DNA of 64,000 bases from NCBI RefSeq assembly GCF_000142905.1, contig NW_013657643.1, positions 142,054 through 206,053 on the forward strand. Reading direction: 5' to 3'. Positions 54,197-63,854 of this stretch are shown piece by piece (position 1 is the first letter of the stretch; each line of letters begins with the position of its first letter). Both the position numbers and the translations under genes were made by a program. This stretch comes from Thecamonas trahens ATCC 50062 (Eukaryota > Protista > Apusomonadida). The notes below the pieces were generated by a model. That model had not been told where the DNA came from. It was given only the letters and a program-made list of their open reading frames with translations, and did not search any database.

Positions 54197-55729
54197 ATGG
54201 CCGACCCAATCCTTGGCTATGCCAACACCTTGTACGAATACAATGGCGTCTCGGACGGAGAGCTGTCGTTTGGCAAGAACGCTGTCATCGCCGTATATGA
54301 GGAGGCTGGCGACGACGGATGGATGGAGGGCGAACTCAATGGTACCCGTGGCTTCTTTCCCGAGGCTTACGTCGAATACACTCCTGGCATTGGGAGTACC
54401 TCCTCTGCTGCTGGCCTGGCCATCATCCCGCCGCCACCACCGCTCAAGACCTCGCAGTCGGGCGAGAACTTGGCCCAGCTATCCTCCAATCTCGGCGAGC
54501 TCGACACCATGTACGACGATGACGGCAATGGTGAGGCTGGCTACTACCAGCCCGAGCCTGACTACTCGGACGCAGACTTTGACTCGTATCTCAACACCGA
54601 CGTTGACCCGGCGCTCGCGCTATACATTTCGTCATCATGGGAGTGGCAAGACGCGCTGCCGTACTTTGACGTCGACGTCTCGTCGCCCGATAAGCGAAAG
54701 AAGTTTGCCGGTATGAAGTCGTACAAGGCGTACACCATCACTACCGCGTCCCAGTCGTGGTCGGTCGAGCGGCGGTTGAAGCACTGCCAATGGCTCCGGG
54801 TCCAGCTCGTCAACAAGTTCCCTCTCATCCCAGTCCCAGTCATCCCTGTCAAGGAGCTTGTGGGCAAGTTTGCGCCGCGCGAGGACAAGACCGCCGCTAT
54901 CGCCTCGTTCATCGAGAATGTTGTCCGCCATCCGGTCCTCCGCGCCACCGACGTTGTCCAGCACTTTCTCTCCGTCTCGGCCCAGGCCGACAAGCGGACA
55001 TGGAAGGCCGGCAAGCGGCGGTTCGAGAAGGATCCCATCACTGGGCCCATGTTCTACCGCACCATCGTACCATCGGCGCCGGTGACCGGCACTGACGTGC
55101 CCAACTTTATCGACTCGTTCATGGCCCGTGCAAAGGCGACGGTACCCGCCATGGGCAAGGCCGAGTCTACCATCATCGCTCTTGGCGCCCAGGCCCGAAA
55201 CGTCGCCCAGCTCTACATTGAGTCCGGCCAGTGCTTCCGCGTCCTGGCTGAGACCATGGGCTCGCAGCCGCCGGCCTTCCGCGCAGGCATTGAGGCCATC
55301 GGCGACGCCATGTCCGGCATGGCCATCGAGCTCACCCGCCACGCCAAGACCCAGGACTTGCTCGTTCGTCTCTTTGAGTGGCATTCGACCGTGACCAAGC
55401 TCACAGACTCGGTCCTTCGCGCCGAACAGAAGCAGCGGACAAAGTACCTCGCCGCCGCCGCCCGCGCCTCCAAGAAGATCGTCAACACGCCTGTCGAGGT
55501 CACCCGCCTCAAATCGCAGGAGCAGGTCGTCATGGCCATGACCTCGGTCGCCATGGCCGAAGTCACACACTTTCTCAGCTCGCAGCTCCTCGACTTTAAG
55601 GCTGCACTCAAGGCGTACATCACTCGCGAACTCGACCATCACCGCGCCATGGTCGCCCACTGGGAGACAGCACTCTCTGCCGTCGACGCCATGCCAGCCT
55701 CCAAGCTCCCGGGCAAGCTCAAGCTGTGA
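54197..55729 (+). CDS. SNX9: SH3-PX-BAR sorting nexin (SNX9/18/33-like)
   Basis: SH3 (LYEY..ELSF..GWMEG..GFFPEAYV), PX (KFAGMKSY, VERRLKHCQWL, RHPVL), WKAGKRRFEKD and MAEVTHF BAR motifs. Confidence 0.88.
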   Translation: MADPILGYANTLYEYNGVSDGELSFGKNAVIAVYEEAGDDGWMEGELNGTRGFFPEAYVEYTPGIGSTSSAAGLAIIPPPPPLKTSQSGENLAQLSSNLGELDTMYDDDGNGEAGYYQPEPDYSDADFDSYLNTDVDPALALYISSSWEWQDALPYFDVDVSSPDKRKKFAGMKSYKAYTITTASQSWSVERRLKHCQWLRVQLVNKFPLIPVPVIPVKELVGKFAPREDKTAAIASFIENVVRHPVLRATDVVQHFLSVSAQADKRTWKAGKRRFEKDPITGPMFYRTIVPSAPVTGTDVPNFIDSFMARAKATVPAMGKAESTIIALGAQARNVAQLYIESGQCFRVLAETMGSQPPAFRAGIEAIGDAMSGMAIELTRHAKTQDLLVRLFEWHSTVTKLTDSVLRAEQKQRTKYLAAAARASKKIVNTPVEVTRLKSQEQVVMAMTSVAMAEVTHFLSSQLLDFKAALKAYITRELDHHRAMVAHWETALSAVDAMPASKLPGKLKL

Positions 55730-55809
55730 TCTGTGATCTGTGATCTTCGACATGAGCCCTCACCCATACGCACGCATACACGCATACACACAGCACACAC
55801 TCTCACATG

Positions 55810-55817
<8 letters not shown>

Positions 55818-55878
<61 letters not shown>
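55818..55878. repeat. (CT)n microsatellite
   Basis: About 30 CT units. Confidence 0.95.
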
Positions 55879-55880
<2 letters not shown>

Positions 55881-56123
55881 CCATGCCATCAAACACAGTG
55901 CCGTGATCCTGTCGCTGTGTTCGTGCCGCCGCCGCGCCTGCCGAACGCCACGTAACCGAGCCGCAGGCACAGACACTCCACCCTCCCCTCCACCCTCCCC
56001 CCCTCCCCACACACACACACCACCACCGCCACCACCGCCAGGAACACCACTGAGGTGCCCGCGCAACCCCTCCCCCGCTCACCCATACCAGTGTCCCCAC
56101 CTTCACCGCCACCACACGCCGCC

Positions 56124-57569
56124 ATGGGCGCCCTGGGCGAAGCAGCCATCATCGGTGGCTCGCACGTGGCATTCTTCAGCTTTGCGTGGCTCTTCTTTCT
56201 GTGGAAGCTCTTTCGGGACTACGAGGTGAAGCAGGTCGGTGTCCAGGTTGCCTTCTCGGTCATGTTCACTCTCTCGGCGTCGATGCTCCAGCTGGTCATC
56301 TTTGAGGTCGCTGACGTCCTCGATCCGTTGACCCGGTGGTGGCACTGGAAGACCAATCTGACGGCCATGTTGGTCCTGCTTGTATTTGTCCTCCCGTTCT
56401 ACATGTTCTACATCCTTGCTCGCGACAAGGGTTACGCCCGCGCATCATCCGCCACTTCCGCCGGTGTCATGCTCTCGGCCTATCTGGTGGTGTTTTGGAA
56501 GGTCGGCGATCCGTTTCCCATCACCACCGAGGCCTCGGGCATGTTCTCGATGGAGCAGGGCGTGGGCCGGATCGGTGTTCTAGGGGTGACGGTCATGGCC
56601 GTGCTCTCGGGCTTTGGTGCGGTCGATTGTCCGTATCGGTATCTAGAGTACTTTGTGCGGTCGGTCTCGCCGGCAACGGTCCGGCGGCACGAAGGCCGGC
56701 TGCTGACCACCATCGACTACCTGCTGGCCAAGAAGAAGAAGATGCTGCTGCTCCGGCATGAGCAGAGCGAGTCACACTTTGCGCGACTGTCGTCGCTGCG
56801 GTCACGGCGTGCGGCGGCGGCGGCAGAGCGGGCGGCGGCAGAGCGGGCGTCGGCCTCGCTGGCGTCGTCACTCTGGTCGGCGGCGGCGTCGTTGTGGGGC
56901 GGCAGTGACGAGCGGGCGGCCAAACTCCGCGAGTTGGAAATCGAGGTCGAGGCGCTCAACAAGGTGGCACAGCAGCTCTTTCTCGAGCTCGACGAGCTGC
57001 GCGCCGAGCAAGCGCGGGTGCGGTTCTCGCGGACGCTCCGTGGACGGGCTTTTAACCTTGCAGGCTACTTTCTCTCCGTCTACTGCGTGTACAAGATCAC
57101 CATGTGTGCGGCCAACATCATCTTTGACCGCGTCGCGCACACAGATCCGGTCTCGCGCGGCTTTGACATCCTGCTGAGGTACTTTGGCATTCCAATGGCG
57201 GCGCACTGGAAGAGTCTGGTCACTTTTGTCATGGTGGGCGTCATGATTGTGGCCTCGATTCGCGGGTTCCTCAACGCGCTCATGAAGATCTTTTACTCCA
57301 TTGCGTCTGCCTTTTCATCGAACGTCATTGTCCTCGGCCTTGCGCACATCATGGGCTCCTACTTTGTCTCGTCGGTGCTGCTGATGCGGATGAACCTCCC
57401 GCTCCAGTACCGGGTCATCATCACCAAGGTGCTCGGCTCAATTGAGTTCTCGTTCTACCACCGGTGGTTTGATGTCATTTTCATTTTCTCTGCGGCGGCA
57501 TCGATCGCGTCGATTCTGCTCCTGCGTGCATCGTCGGCAGCGCGGTCCAAGGCGCTGTACTCAGCGTGA
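56124..57569 (+). CDS. GPR89: Golgi pH regulator (GPHR/GPR89)
   Basis: LFRDYEV, LVIFEV, FWKVGDPFP, RIGVLGVTVMAVLSGFGAV, YCVYKI, GSYFVSSVLLMRMNLP, FYHRWFDVIF. Confidence 0.96.
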   Translation: MGALGEAAIIGGSHVAFFSFAWLFFLWKLFRDYEVKQVGVQVAFSVMFTLSASMLQLVIFEVADVLDPLTRWWHWKTNLTAMLVLLVFVLPFYMFYILARDKGYARASSATSAGVMLSAYLVVFWKVGDPFPITTEASGMFSMEQGVGRIGVLGVTVMAVLSGFGAVDCPYRYLEYFVRSVSPATVRRHEGRLLTTIDYLLAKKKKMLLLRHEQSESHFARLSSLRSRRAAAAAERAAAERASASLASSLWSAAASLWGGSDERAAKLRELEIEVEALNKVAQQLFLELDELRAEQARVRFSRTLRGRAFNLAGYFLSVYCVYKITMCAANIIFDRVAHTDPVSRGFDILLRYFGIPMAAHWKSLVTFVMVGVMIVASIRGFLNALMKIFYSIASAFSSNVIVLGLAHIMGSYFVSSVLLMRMNLPLQYRVIITKVLGSIEFSFYHRWFDVIFIFSAAASIASILLLRASSAARSKALYSA

Positions 57570-57579
57570 GCGCAGCGAG

Positions 57580-59121
57580 CTACGCCCACTGGCGGGCGAG
57601 CGCGGTGCGGTGCGCGCTCTCATTGCGTGGAGTGTACGGCACCGCCGCAGCTCCCGGAGCAAGCGTCCCGGTCCTGGCCTGGATGTTGCGCAGCTGCTCG
57701 CGCCACGACAGCTGCGGCACATCGGCGCGAACCTCGCTTCGTGGCGTGGCCACAGCTGCAACTGCGGCAGCGCGGACCGCCCGCGGCGAGGCCGACTGGC
57801 GGAGGAGATCGCCGACGTGGTCATCGTCGCGGTAGACTCTGTGGCGCGGCGGTGCCGGTGCCGCTCCCGATGGTGCGTACGGCGGCCGGGACGGGATGTG
57901 CGGCGCCGGTGCCGGCTGCGGGTCCGGGGCGTGCATAGCGCGGCGGAGTGCACGGACGGGGGCAGGCTGGTAACGCTCGGCCGGCGGCGGTGCAGGCGGA
58001 TGCGGCAGGTCGGGCGCGGCAGTCGGGTGCTTGGCCGGGTCATCGTTGGCCATCAGCCGCCACATGTGGTCGAGCGTGTTGCGGCGGACGTCCGGAATGC
58101 CGCGGCGCGAGATGGCGACTTGCGGGGCGGCGTCGTCGAGGTTGGCAGCGTGGCGAAGGTGGTCCTTTAGCGCTGGGCGCGGGCCGGGCGCGCGGACCGG
58201 GTCCGGGCGGACCACATCATCGTTGGCGTCGCGGCCGGTCACGATGTTGTAGCCGTGGTCCAGGAGGCGGGCAGACGCGAGACGGCGGGTGTGCGGTGAG
58301 GGGGGGTGTTGCGGCGGCGGTGCATCGGTTGAAGCGCCGAGCACGTCGTGGTCGGCCGGGCGGACAGCGCGACGGGTGTGGGCGGCGCGGAGCGAGGCGG
58401 CGTGGGAGGCGTCGGCCGGGTCGGCAACGGCGCCGGTGCGGACCCGCGGGTCGACTGCATCAGGCGCCTTGCGCGGCGACTGCGAAATAATATCATGTGT
58501 GTAGAGCGAGTGATTGGCAAGCCGGCGCGAGGTGAGGGTGTGCGGCTTGGGCTCAAACCTGTGGGCGTTGTTGGCAATGTTGGAGATGATGTTGAAGCCA
58601 TGCGGGTTGGGGTTGGTCTTGAGCGGTGAGATCCGCTTGCCAACCACAGTCTCAGGCGTCGGTGGACGAGCATCGCCCACAGTCTGTCGCAAATGAACCG
58701 GTTCGCCACGGATCATCCTCCGGCCATGCACCTGCCCTCCGTCCGTCCCGTTGTCCAGCATCAGCGCACCAACCGAGTCAGCCTCTTGGGCGAACAGACG
58801 CCGAGTCCGGGGTGCCTCGTACCACTCTGCCCGTCTGCGCTCAGTCGGTACGCCTGCGCCTGCGGACACAGCCGGTCCACTCCCCGACAGGATCGATGCC
58901 GATGACGGCAGAGATACGGCAGAACGAGTACGATGATGAGAATGTGCGTGATGGTACGGATAGCCGGAGCCCGAGGCAGGAGCAGGAGCAGGAGCCGCCG
59001 TAGCCGCAGGCTGACCCGACGCAGTCCTGTAGGAACGGAGGAGCGAGGCATGGGCGTCTCTGTCTACGGCCGAGTGCGGAAGGATGGATGTGGCTGCCGA
59101 GGGGTACTGTTGGCCGGGCAT
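57580..59121 (-). CDS. Disordered protein with repeated (Y/F/H)NII-type motifs, unknown function
   Basis: 513-aa ORF from MPGQQYPS after a C-tract; motifs GFNIISN, HDIISQ, HDVLG, GYNIVTG. Confidence 0.65.
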   Translation of the reverse strand: MPGQQYPSAATSILPHSAVDRDAHASLLRSYRTASGQPAATAAPAPAPASGSGYPYHHAHSHHRTRSAVSLPSSASILSGSGPAVSAGAGVPTERRRAEWYEAPRTRRLFAQEADSVGALMLDNGTDGGQVHGRRMIRGEPVHLRQTVGDARPPTPETVVGKRISPLKTNPNPHGFNIISNIANNAHRFEPKPHTLTSRRLANHSLYTHDIISQSPRKAPDAVDPRVRTGAVADPADASHAASLRAAHTRRAVRPADHDVLGASTDAPPPQHPPSPHTRRLASARLLDHGYNIVTGRDANDDVVRPDPVRAPGPRPALKDHLRHAANLDDAAPQVAISRRGIPDVRRNTLDHMWRLMANDDPAKHPTAAPDLPHPPAPPPAERYQPAPVRALRRAMHAPDPQPAPAPHIPSRPPYAPSGAAPAPPRHRVYRDDDHVGDLLRQSASPRAVRAAAVAAVATPRSEVRADVPQLSWREQLRNIQARTGTLAPGAAAVPYTPRNESAHRTALARQWA

Positions 59122-59952
59122 GGGGGGGGGAGGGGGGAGGGAGACGGGTGTGTGTGGTGGGGGGGGGGGGGGGTAGGGGGGGAGGGGGGGGGAGGGGGAG
59201 GGGGGGGACGGACGGTAACGGACGTGNNNNNNNNNNNNNNNNNNNNNNNNNNNNNNNNNNNNNNNNNNNNNNNNNNNNNNNNNNNNNNNNNNNNNNNNNN
59301 NNNNNNNNNNNNNNNNNNNNNNNNNNNNNNNNNNNNNNNNNNNNNNNNNNNNNNNNNNNNNNNNNNNNNNNNNNNNNNNNNNNNNNNNNNNNNNNNNNNN
59401 NNNNNNNNNNNNNNNNNNNNNNNNNNNNNNNNNNNNNNNNNNNNNNNNNNNNNNNNNNNNNNNNNNNNNNNNNNNNNNNNNNNNNNNNNNNNNNNNNNNN
59501 NNNNNNNNNNNNNNNNNNNNNNNNNNNNNNNNNNNNNNNNNNNNNNNNNNNNNNNNNNNNNNNNNNNNNNNNNNNNNNNNNNNNNNNNNNNNNNNNNNNN
59601 NNNNNNNNNNNNNNNNNNNNNNNNNNNNNNNNNNNNNNNNNNNNNNNNNNNNNNNNNNNNNNNNNNNNNNNNNNNNNNNNNNNNNNNNNNNNNNNNNNNN
59701 NNNNNNNNNNNNNNNNNNNNNNNNNNNNNNNNNNNNNNNNNNNNNNNNNNNNNNNNNNNNNGGGGGGGGGGGGGGGGGGGGGATGATCTGGACGGTGTGG
59801 GGGGGTGGGGGGGGTGGGTGGGGGGCGGATGATCTGGACGGTGTGGGGGGGTGTGGGGGGCATGATCTGGATGGTGTGGGCGCCGACACTGCTCCTCGCG
59901 TGTGCGTCCTGCTGTGTGATTGCGGTCATTCTGCTGCCGGTTACTCCAACAG

Positions 59953-61962
59953 CCAAAACTCAAGGACCGCCATCGACTCAAGGCACCCATTGCAGACTAT
60001 GTGGCGATGGAGGGTGTGACGCCATCGGCATGGCTGGCTACCGGGCCTGACGGATACGTCGACCGGGCAAGTGAGAGCAAGACCAAGCTGCCACACGTTG
60101 CCAGTGCGTTTTGCGACAAGGCCTTGGCCGACATCGCCAACAACACCGGGTACGTCATGGTAGCCAAGCGGAAGAAGAGCCCCGATGGCGACACGGTGGC
60201 GTCGCGGCTCATTCAAGCGGCGTTAGTGCGGACGCTCGACGGCGTTGCGCCGCCGCCCGAGCTCTCGGGCGCGCTCGCGCTGCAGCTGTATATTCACCCC
60301 AAGGGCTCGACCGGCACGGTCTACCGCTGCGAGTACGCCGTCTCAAGCAACCGCAAGGGCTTCACCTCGGTCATTTACAAGTACTACGACCGGGTCGAAA
60401 AGATGGCCGACGACGACCCGCGCAAGTCGGATCCGCACCGCTCTGGCCAGAACGACGAGCTGGTGGTGACCAAGACATTCCAAAAGTCCTCCGCCCGCGC
60501 CATCAACGACCAGCTGTCAGAGCTCTCGCTGCGGATCATCCGCTTTGTCGAGACTGTTCGCAAGGTCCGCATCCACCGGGCCTACTGTGACTTTATCCTC
60601 GACTCGACTGCCGAGCCGCACTTTATCCAGGCCATCAACGTGTTCACCACCCGGCGCGCGCCGCGCCCGCGCCCGCCACCGCCGACCGCCCCAGTCGCCG
60701 ACGCCGACGGCCGTCTCGTCGACGGTCGCGGCCGCAGTGAGCCCTCTGAGCTCGCGCCGGTGCCCGAGGACCTGGCCATGGTCCGCGTCGCCCGCGCCAA
60801 GCATGTTGGCTCGGACGCCAATTGCGCCGGAGACTACTGCGACTACGAGCTCGTTGCTGTCGAGCCCGAGCTCCGCATCCGCCCACGCGACTCGCCGCCG
60901 CCTGGCGAAACCCCACCGCTGCCTGAGTACTTTCACATGGCCAACAAGTCGGTTATCCTTGCCCGCTTCGATCTCCTCCTGCATCGCCCCGAGGACACCG
61001 CCGCCGCCGCCGCCGATGCCTCGGGCATCCGCGCCGTTGAGCTTTACAACGCCACTCTGGCCGCCACGAGCCCGTCAGCCTCGGACGCGCCGTCGGTCCT
61101 GGCCGGCAAGTTCCAGCGCATCTCGCCCGAGGACTACTACCGCGAGGTCGAGGTCTGCGCCTCATGCTACCAGATCTACACCGCACTCGACGGCCAGCGG
61201 TCTGCAGACTTGCGCGCTCGTGACAAGGCCGAGCGCCGCCGACGGCGGCTCCGCCACAAGCAGCATGAGCGCGAACGTGCGGAGCGCAACGCCCGCGGCG
61301 ATGGCAAGGCCTCCTCGGGTGGTCCGCGCGCCTGGGGCGCCCCGCTCCCGCCCGGCGCGTCACCGTCGTCGCTTCCACCGCGCAAGGCCCGCACGCCTGA
61401 GCGCCGCGTCAAGCGCGCCCCTCTTTACACCCCACAGAGCAAGGGCAAAGACGCGCGCCCGCGCGGGGCCCTCGCCATTCCCAAGGACACGCCCAACTTT
61501 CTCAAGATCAACCGCTCATCGTCGCAATCGCCGTATGCGCTGCCAAAGCAGCGGCGAGGTTCGTCGCGCAAGCGCGGCGTGTCCCGCCGCCGCCCGCAGC
61601 AGCAAGACTCGCCCTCGCGCCCCGCTCCGCCGCGCAAGGCCCCGCAGGCTTACGTCCGGGAGGGCGCGCCCACCCGTCGCGCCGGCGGGGCTTCTCCGGC
61701 GCCCACACATGCGTCCGCGTCCAGAGCTGCGCCCGAAGCCTCGCCATCACGCCCAGAGCGCAAGACCGCCCCGCGCGACCCCATCGCCGACGAGGCCGAC
61801 GCGCTTCTCTCACAGTACTCGGGCCACGGGCAGGAGTCCAGCGCACGAGTGGTGAGCGGCTCGCCGGCGTCGGCCTCGTCGTCGGACGACGGGCGCAGCA
61901 CCGATCGCTCCAACGCATCGTCGACCTCCGCCTCGGGCTATGCGTACTCGTCGGAGAGGTAA
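59953..61962 (+). CDS. Unknown protein with degenerate ATP-grasp/TTL-like segment and CxxxxC...CxxC motif; probably 5'-incomplete
   Basis: LQLYIHP, CDFILDSTAEPHFIQ, CAGDYC, VEVCASCYQIY. Possible acceptor CAG at 59950-59952; first in-frame ATG at 60007. Confidence 0.7.
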   Translation, partial: PKLKDRHRLKAPIADYVAMEGVTPSAWLATGPDGYVDRASESKTKLPHVASAFCDKALADIANNTGYVMVAKRKKSPDGDTVASRLIQAALVRTLDGVAPPPELSGALALQLYIHPKGSTGTVYRCEYAVSSNRKGFTSVIYKYYDRVEKMADDDPRKSDPHRSGQNDELVVTKTFQKSSARAINDQLSELSLRIIRFVETVRKVRIHRAYCDFILDSTAEPHFIQAINVFTTRRAPRPRPPPPTAPVADADGRLVDGRGRSEPSELAPVPEDLAMVRVARAKHVGSDANCAGDYCDYELVAVEPELRIRPRDSPPPGETPPLPEYFHMANKSVILARFDLLLHRPEDTAAAAADASGIRAVELYNATLAATSPSASDAPSVLAGKFQRISPEDYYREVEVCASCYQIYTALDGQRSADLRARDKAERRRRRLRHKQHERERAERNARGDGKASSGGPRAWGAPLPPGASPSSLPPRKARTPERRVKRAPLYTPQSKGKDARPRGALAIPKDTPNFLKINRSSSQSPYALPKQRRGSSRKRGVSRRRPQQQDSPSRPAPPRKAPQAYVREGAPTRRAGGASPAPTHASASRAAPEASPSRPERKTAPRDPIADEADALLSQYSGHGQESSARVVSGSPASASSSDDGRSTDRSNASSTSASGYAYSSER

Positions 61963-61972
61963 AGCAGAGTAG

Positions 61973-62362
61973 CTAGGGCGAGGCAAAGGGCCGCGGAACG
62001 CGGGCGGCGATGGGCGACGACGGCGGAGTGGGCTCGGGCGAGGAGGCGCCGGCCGGGTCGGTCAAGGCCTCTGTGGCAAAGAAGGCGGCCTTGGGAGCGA
62101 CGACAACCGCCGCCGTGAGCTCACCTAGCCCTGCGGCAAAGGCGTCCACGGCAGCAGCCAGGGCGGAGACGTGGCCGGCAGTGGCGTCGATGGTGGCGTC
62201 GTGGGCGGCGACGTCGGCGAGCACCGCCGCCATGTCGCTGGAGACCGAGACCGACGAGCTCACCGCGCCTGTGCCCACGCCCTCGGCCGCGCTCCCTGCT
62301 TGCCGCACAGCCGCGCCGCCCACCTCGCACAGCGTCTGCTTGGCCCGCACAAAGGGGTCCAT
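61973..62362 (-). CDS. Small helical protein of unknown function
   Basis: 129-aa ORF from MDPFVRAKQ following a sense C-tract; coding-like codon use. Confidence 0.5.
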   Translation of the reverse strand: MDPFVRAKQTLCEVGGAAVRQAGSAAEGVGTGAVSSSVSVSSDMAAVLADVAAHDATIDATAGHVSALAAAVDAFAAGLGELTAAVVVAPKAAFFATEALTDPAGASSPEPTPPSSPIAARVPRPFASP

Positions 62363-62475
62363 GCTGTGGGTCAGACAGGTGGGGGTGGGTGGGTGGGTGG
62401 GTGGGTGTGCTGCGGCGGGGACGGGAGGCTGTGGCCGGTTTAGTGGGCGCTCACTCACCGCGCGACTGCTGATCA

Positions 62476-62692
62476 TGCTCCGGCTCCGGCTCCGGCTCCT
62501 GATCTTGATCTCGGCTCGGCTCGGCTCGACTTGGCTTGAGTCGGCTCGAATTGGCTTTGTCTCGGCTCGGCTCAGCTCGGCTTGACTCGGCTCGGCTCGA
62601 GCTCGACTCGGCTTGGCTAGAGCTCGACTTGGCTTGGCTTGGCTCCAACTCGAGCTCGACTTGACTCCGCTCGGATCGGCTCGTCTTGGCTC
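62476..62692. repeat. Degenerate pentamer repeat (GGCTC/GACTC/GGCTT)n
   Basis: About 35 units between two small minus-strand genes. Confidence 0.85.
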
Positions 62693-62788
62693 TTCCGCAG
62701 CTGTTCCACGCACGCTCTCTGTCCATGGCACTGGCCATGGGGCCATGGTCGTGGTCATGGGCCGACCGTCGTGCAGCGTTGCCGCAGT

Positions 62789-63244
62789 TTACGCGCTGCG
62801 ATCGCGGACAGCGCGCATGGCCTTCTTGACCCGGTTCTCGGACACCTGGTAGTCGACCCGGAGTCTAGCAAGCATCTCCCGTTTGCTGGTCTCGGGCGCC
62901 ATGGCCAGAGTCTCCTCCACCGCCGCCATCAGTTCGTCGTCGGCGATGACAGGCCGGGCATCGCCATGGCCCGTGCCCGCGCCGACCGCACCCGCACCCG
63001 CACCGACCGTGCCCGCGGGAGTAGGAGCCTCGCCACCAGCGCCCATCTGCGCAGCCACCAAGGCCGTCAGCTGCTGCAGATCGGCCTGCATCGTCTTGGC
63101 CGCCATGACAAAGTCGTCCTGCAGCGCCGCCATGTCCGAGCCGAGCTGGGCGGACTGGGCTCGCAGGCCGGCTAGACGGGCCAGCGCCTCGTCGCGGCTC
63201 AGCTGTATGCTGGTGGTGCTCTTGCTCATGTCCTCCTCCGCCAT
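62789..63244 (-). CDS. Small protein: N-terminal coiled coil plus C-terminal three-helix (HTH-like) domain
   Basis: SRDEALARL..LQQLTALV, Gly/Ala linker, DDELMAAVEETL..SKREMLARLR..VSENRVKKAM. Confidence 0.6.
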   Translation of the reverse strand: MAEEDMSKSTTSIQLSRDEALARLAGLRAQSAQLGSDMAALQDDFVMAAKTMQADLQQLTALVAAQMGAGGEAPTPAGTVGAGAGAVGAGTGHGDARPVIADDELMAAVEETLAMAPETSKREMLARLRVDYQVSENRVKKAMRAVRDRSA

Positions 63245-63854
63245 CACTCTGCCGTGTTTTCAGTCGAGTCTTGTGTGCTGCCCTGTCCTCCCTCCCGCCC
63301 TCCCGCTCTCCCGCTCTCCCGGCAGCTGCACCAGCAGCCACCGCCGGCGGTCCGAGTGACGAGTTGCCGCCGACCAGCCCGGCTGGTTGGGCGCCAGAAG
63401 TCACACGGCGCTGGTGATCGTGACAACATTTAAACTCGTATGAACGTCATATGGATAGATAGAGTGTGTCGAGAGGTACACGTAGGTGTGGATGACTGGG
63501 TCAGATGGTGCGCATTGCAGGAGATATGGCTCCGCAAGTGTGCCATCCGCCGCACAACAAATGATCAACAAAAAATGGTCACTCATGTGTGTTACTCCCA
63601 TGGGACGCCTCCATGACAGCCTGCCACTTGGCTCAGCAGCCATCCAGAGCCAAACCGACCATCCGATGCCACCACAAGCCATCGATATCCATCCATGGCT
63701 AGGATCGAAGTAGCAGTAGCTCTGCACTGCCCCAATCACCTCCCCCCCTCCCCACCACTTGTCGCACTGCCCTGCCACTGCCACGACGGAGCAGCAGTGG
63801 CGCTTCACCTTCTGCACCTCTCTCTCACCCTCCCCCCTCTCTCACACACATACC

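Noticed and set aside
62363-62758. 5' extension of the 61973-62758 ORF with AEPSR repeats
   Set aside because: Translation of a pentamer microsatellite; the likely start is the ATG at 62362 after the C-tract.
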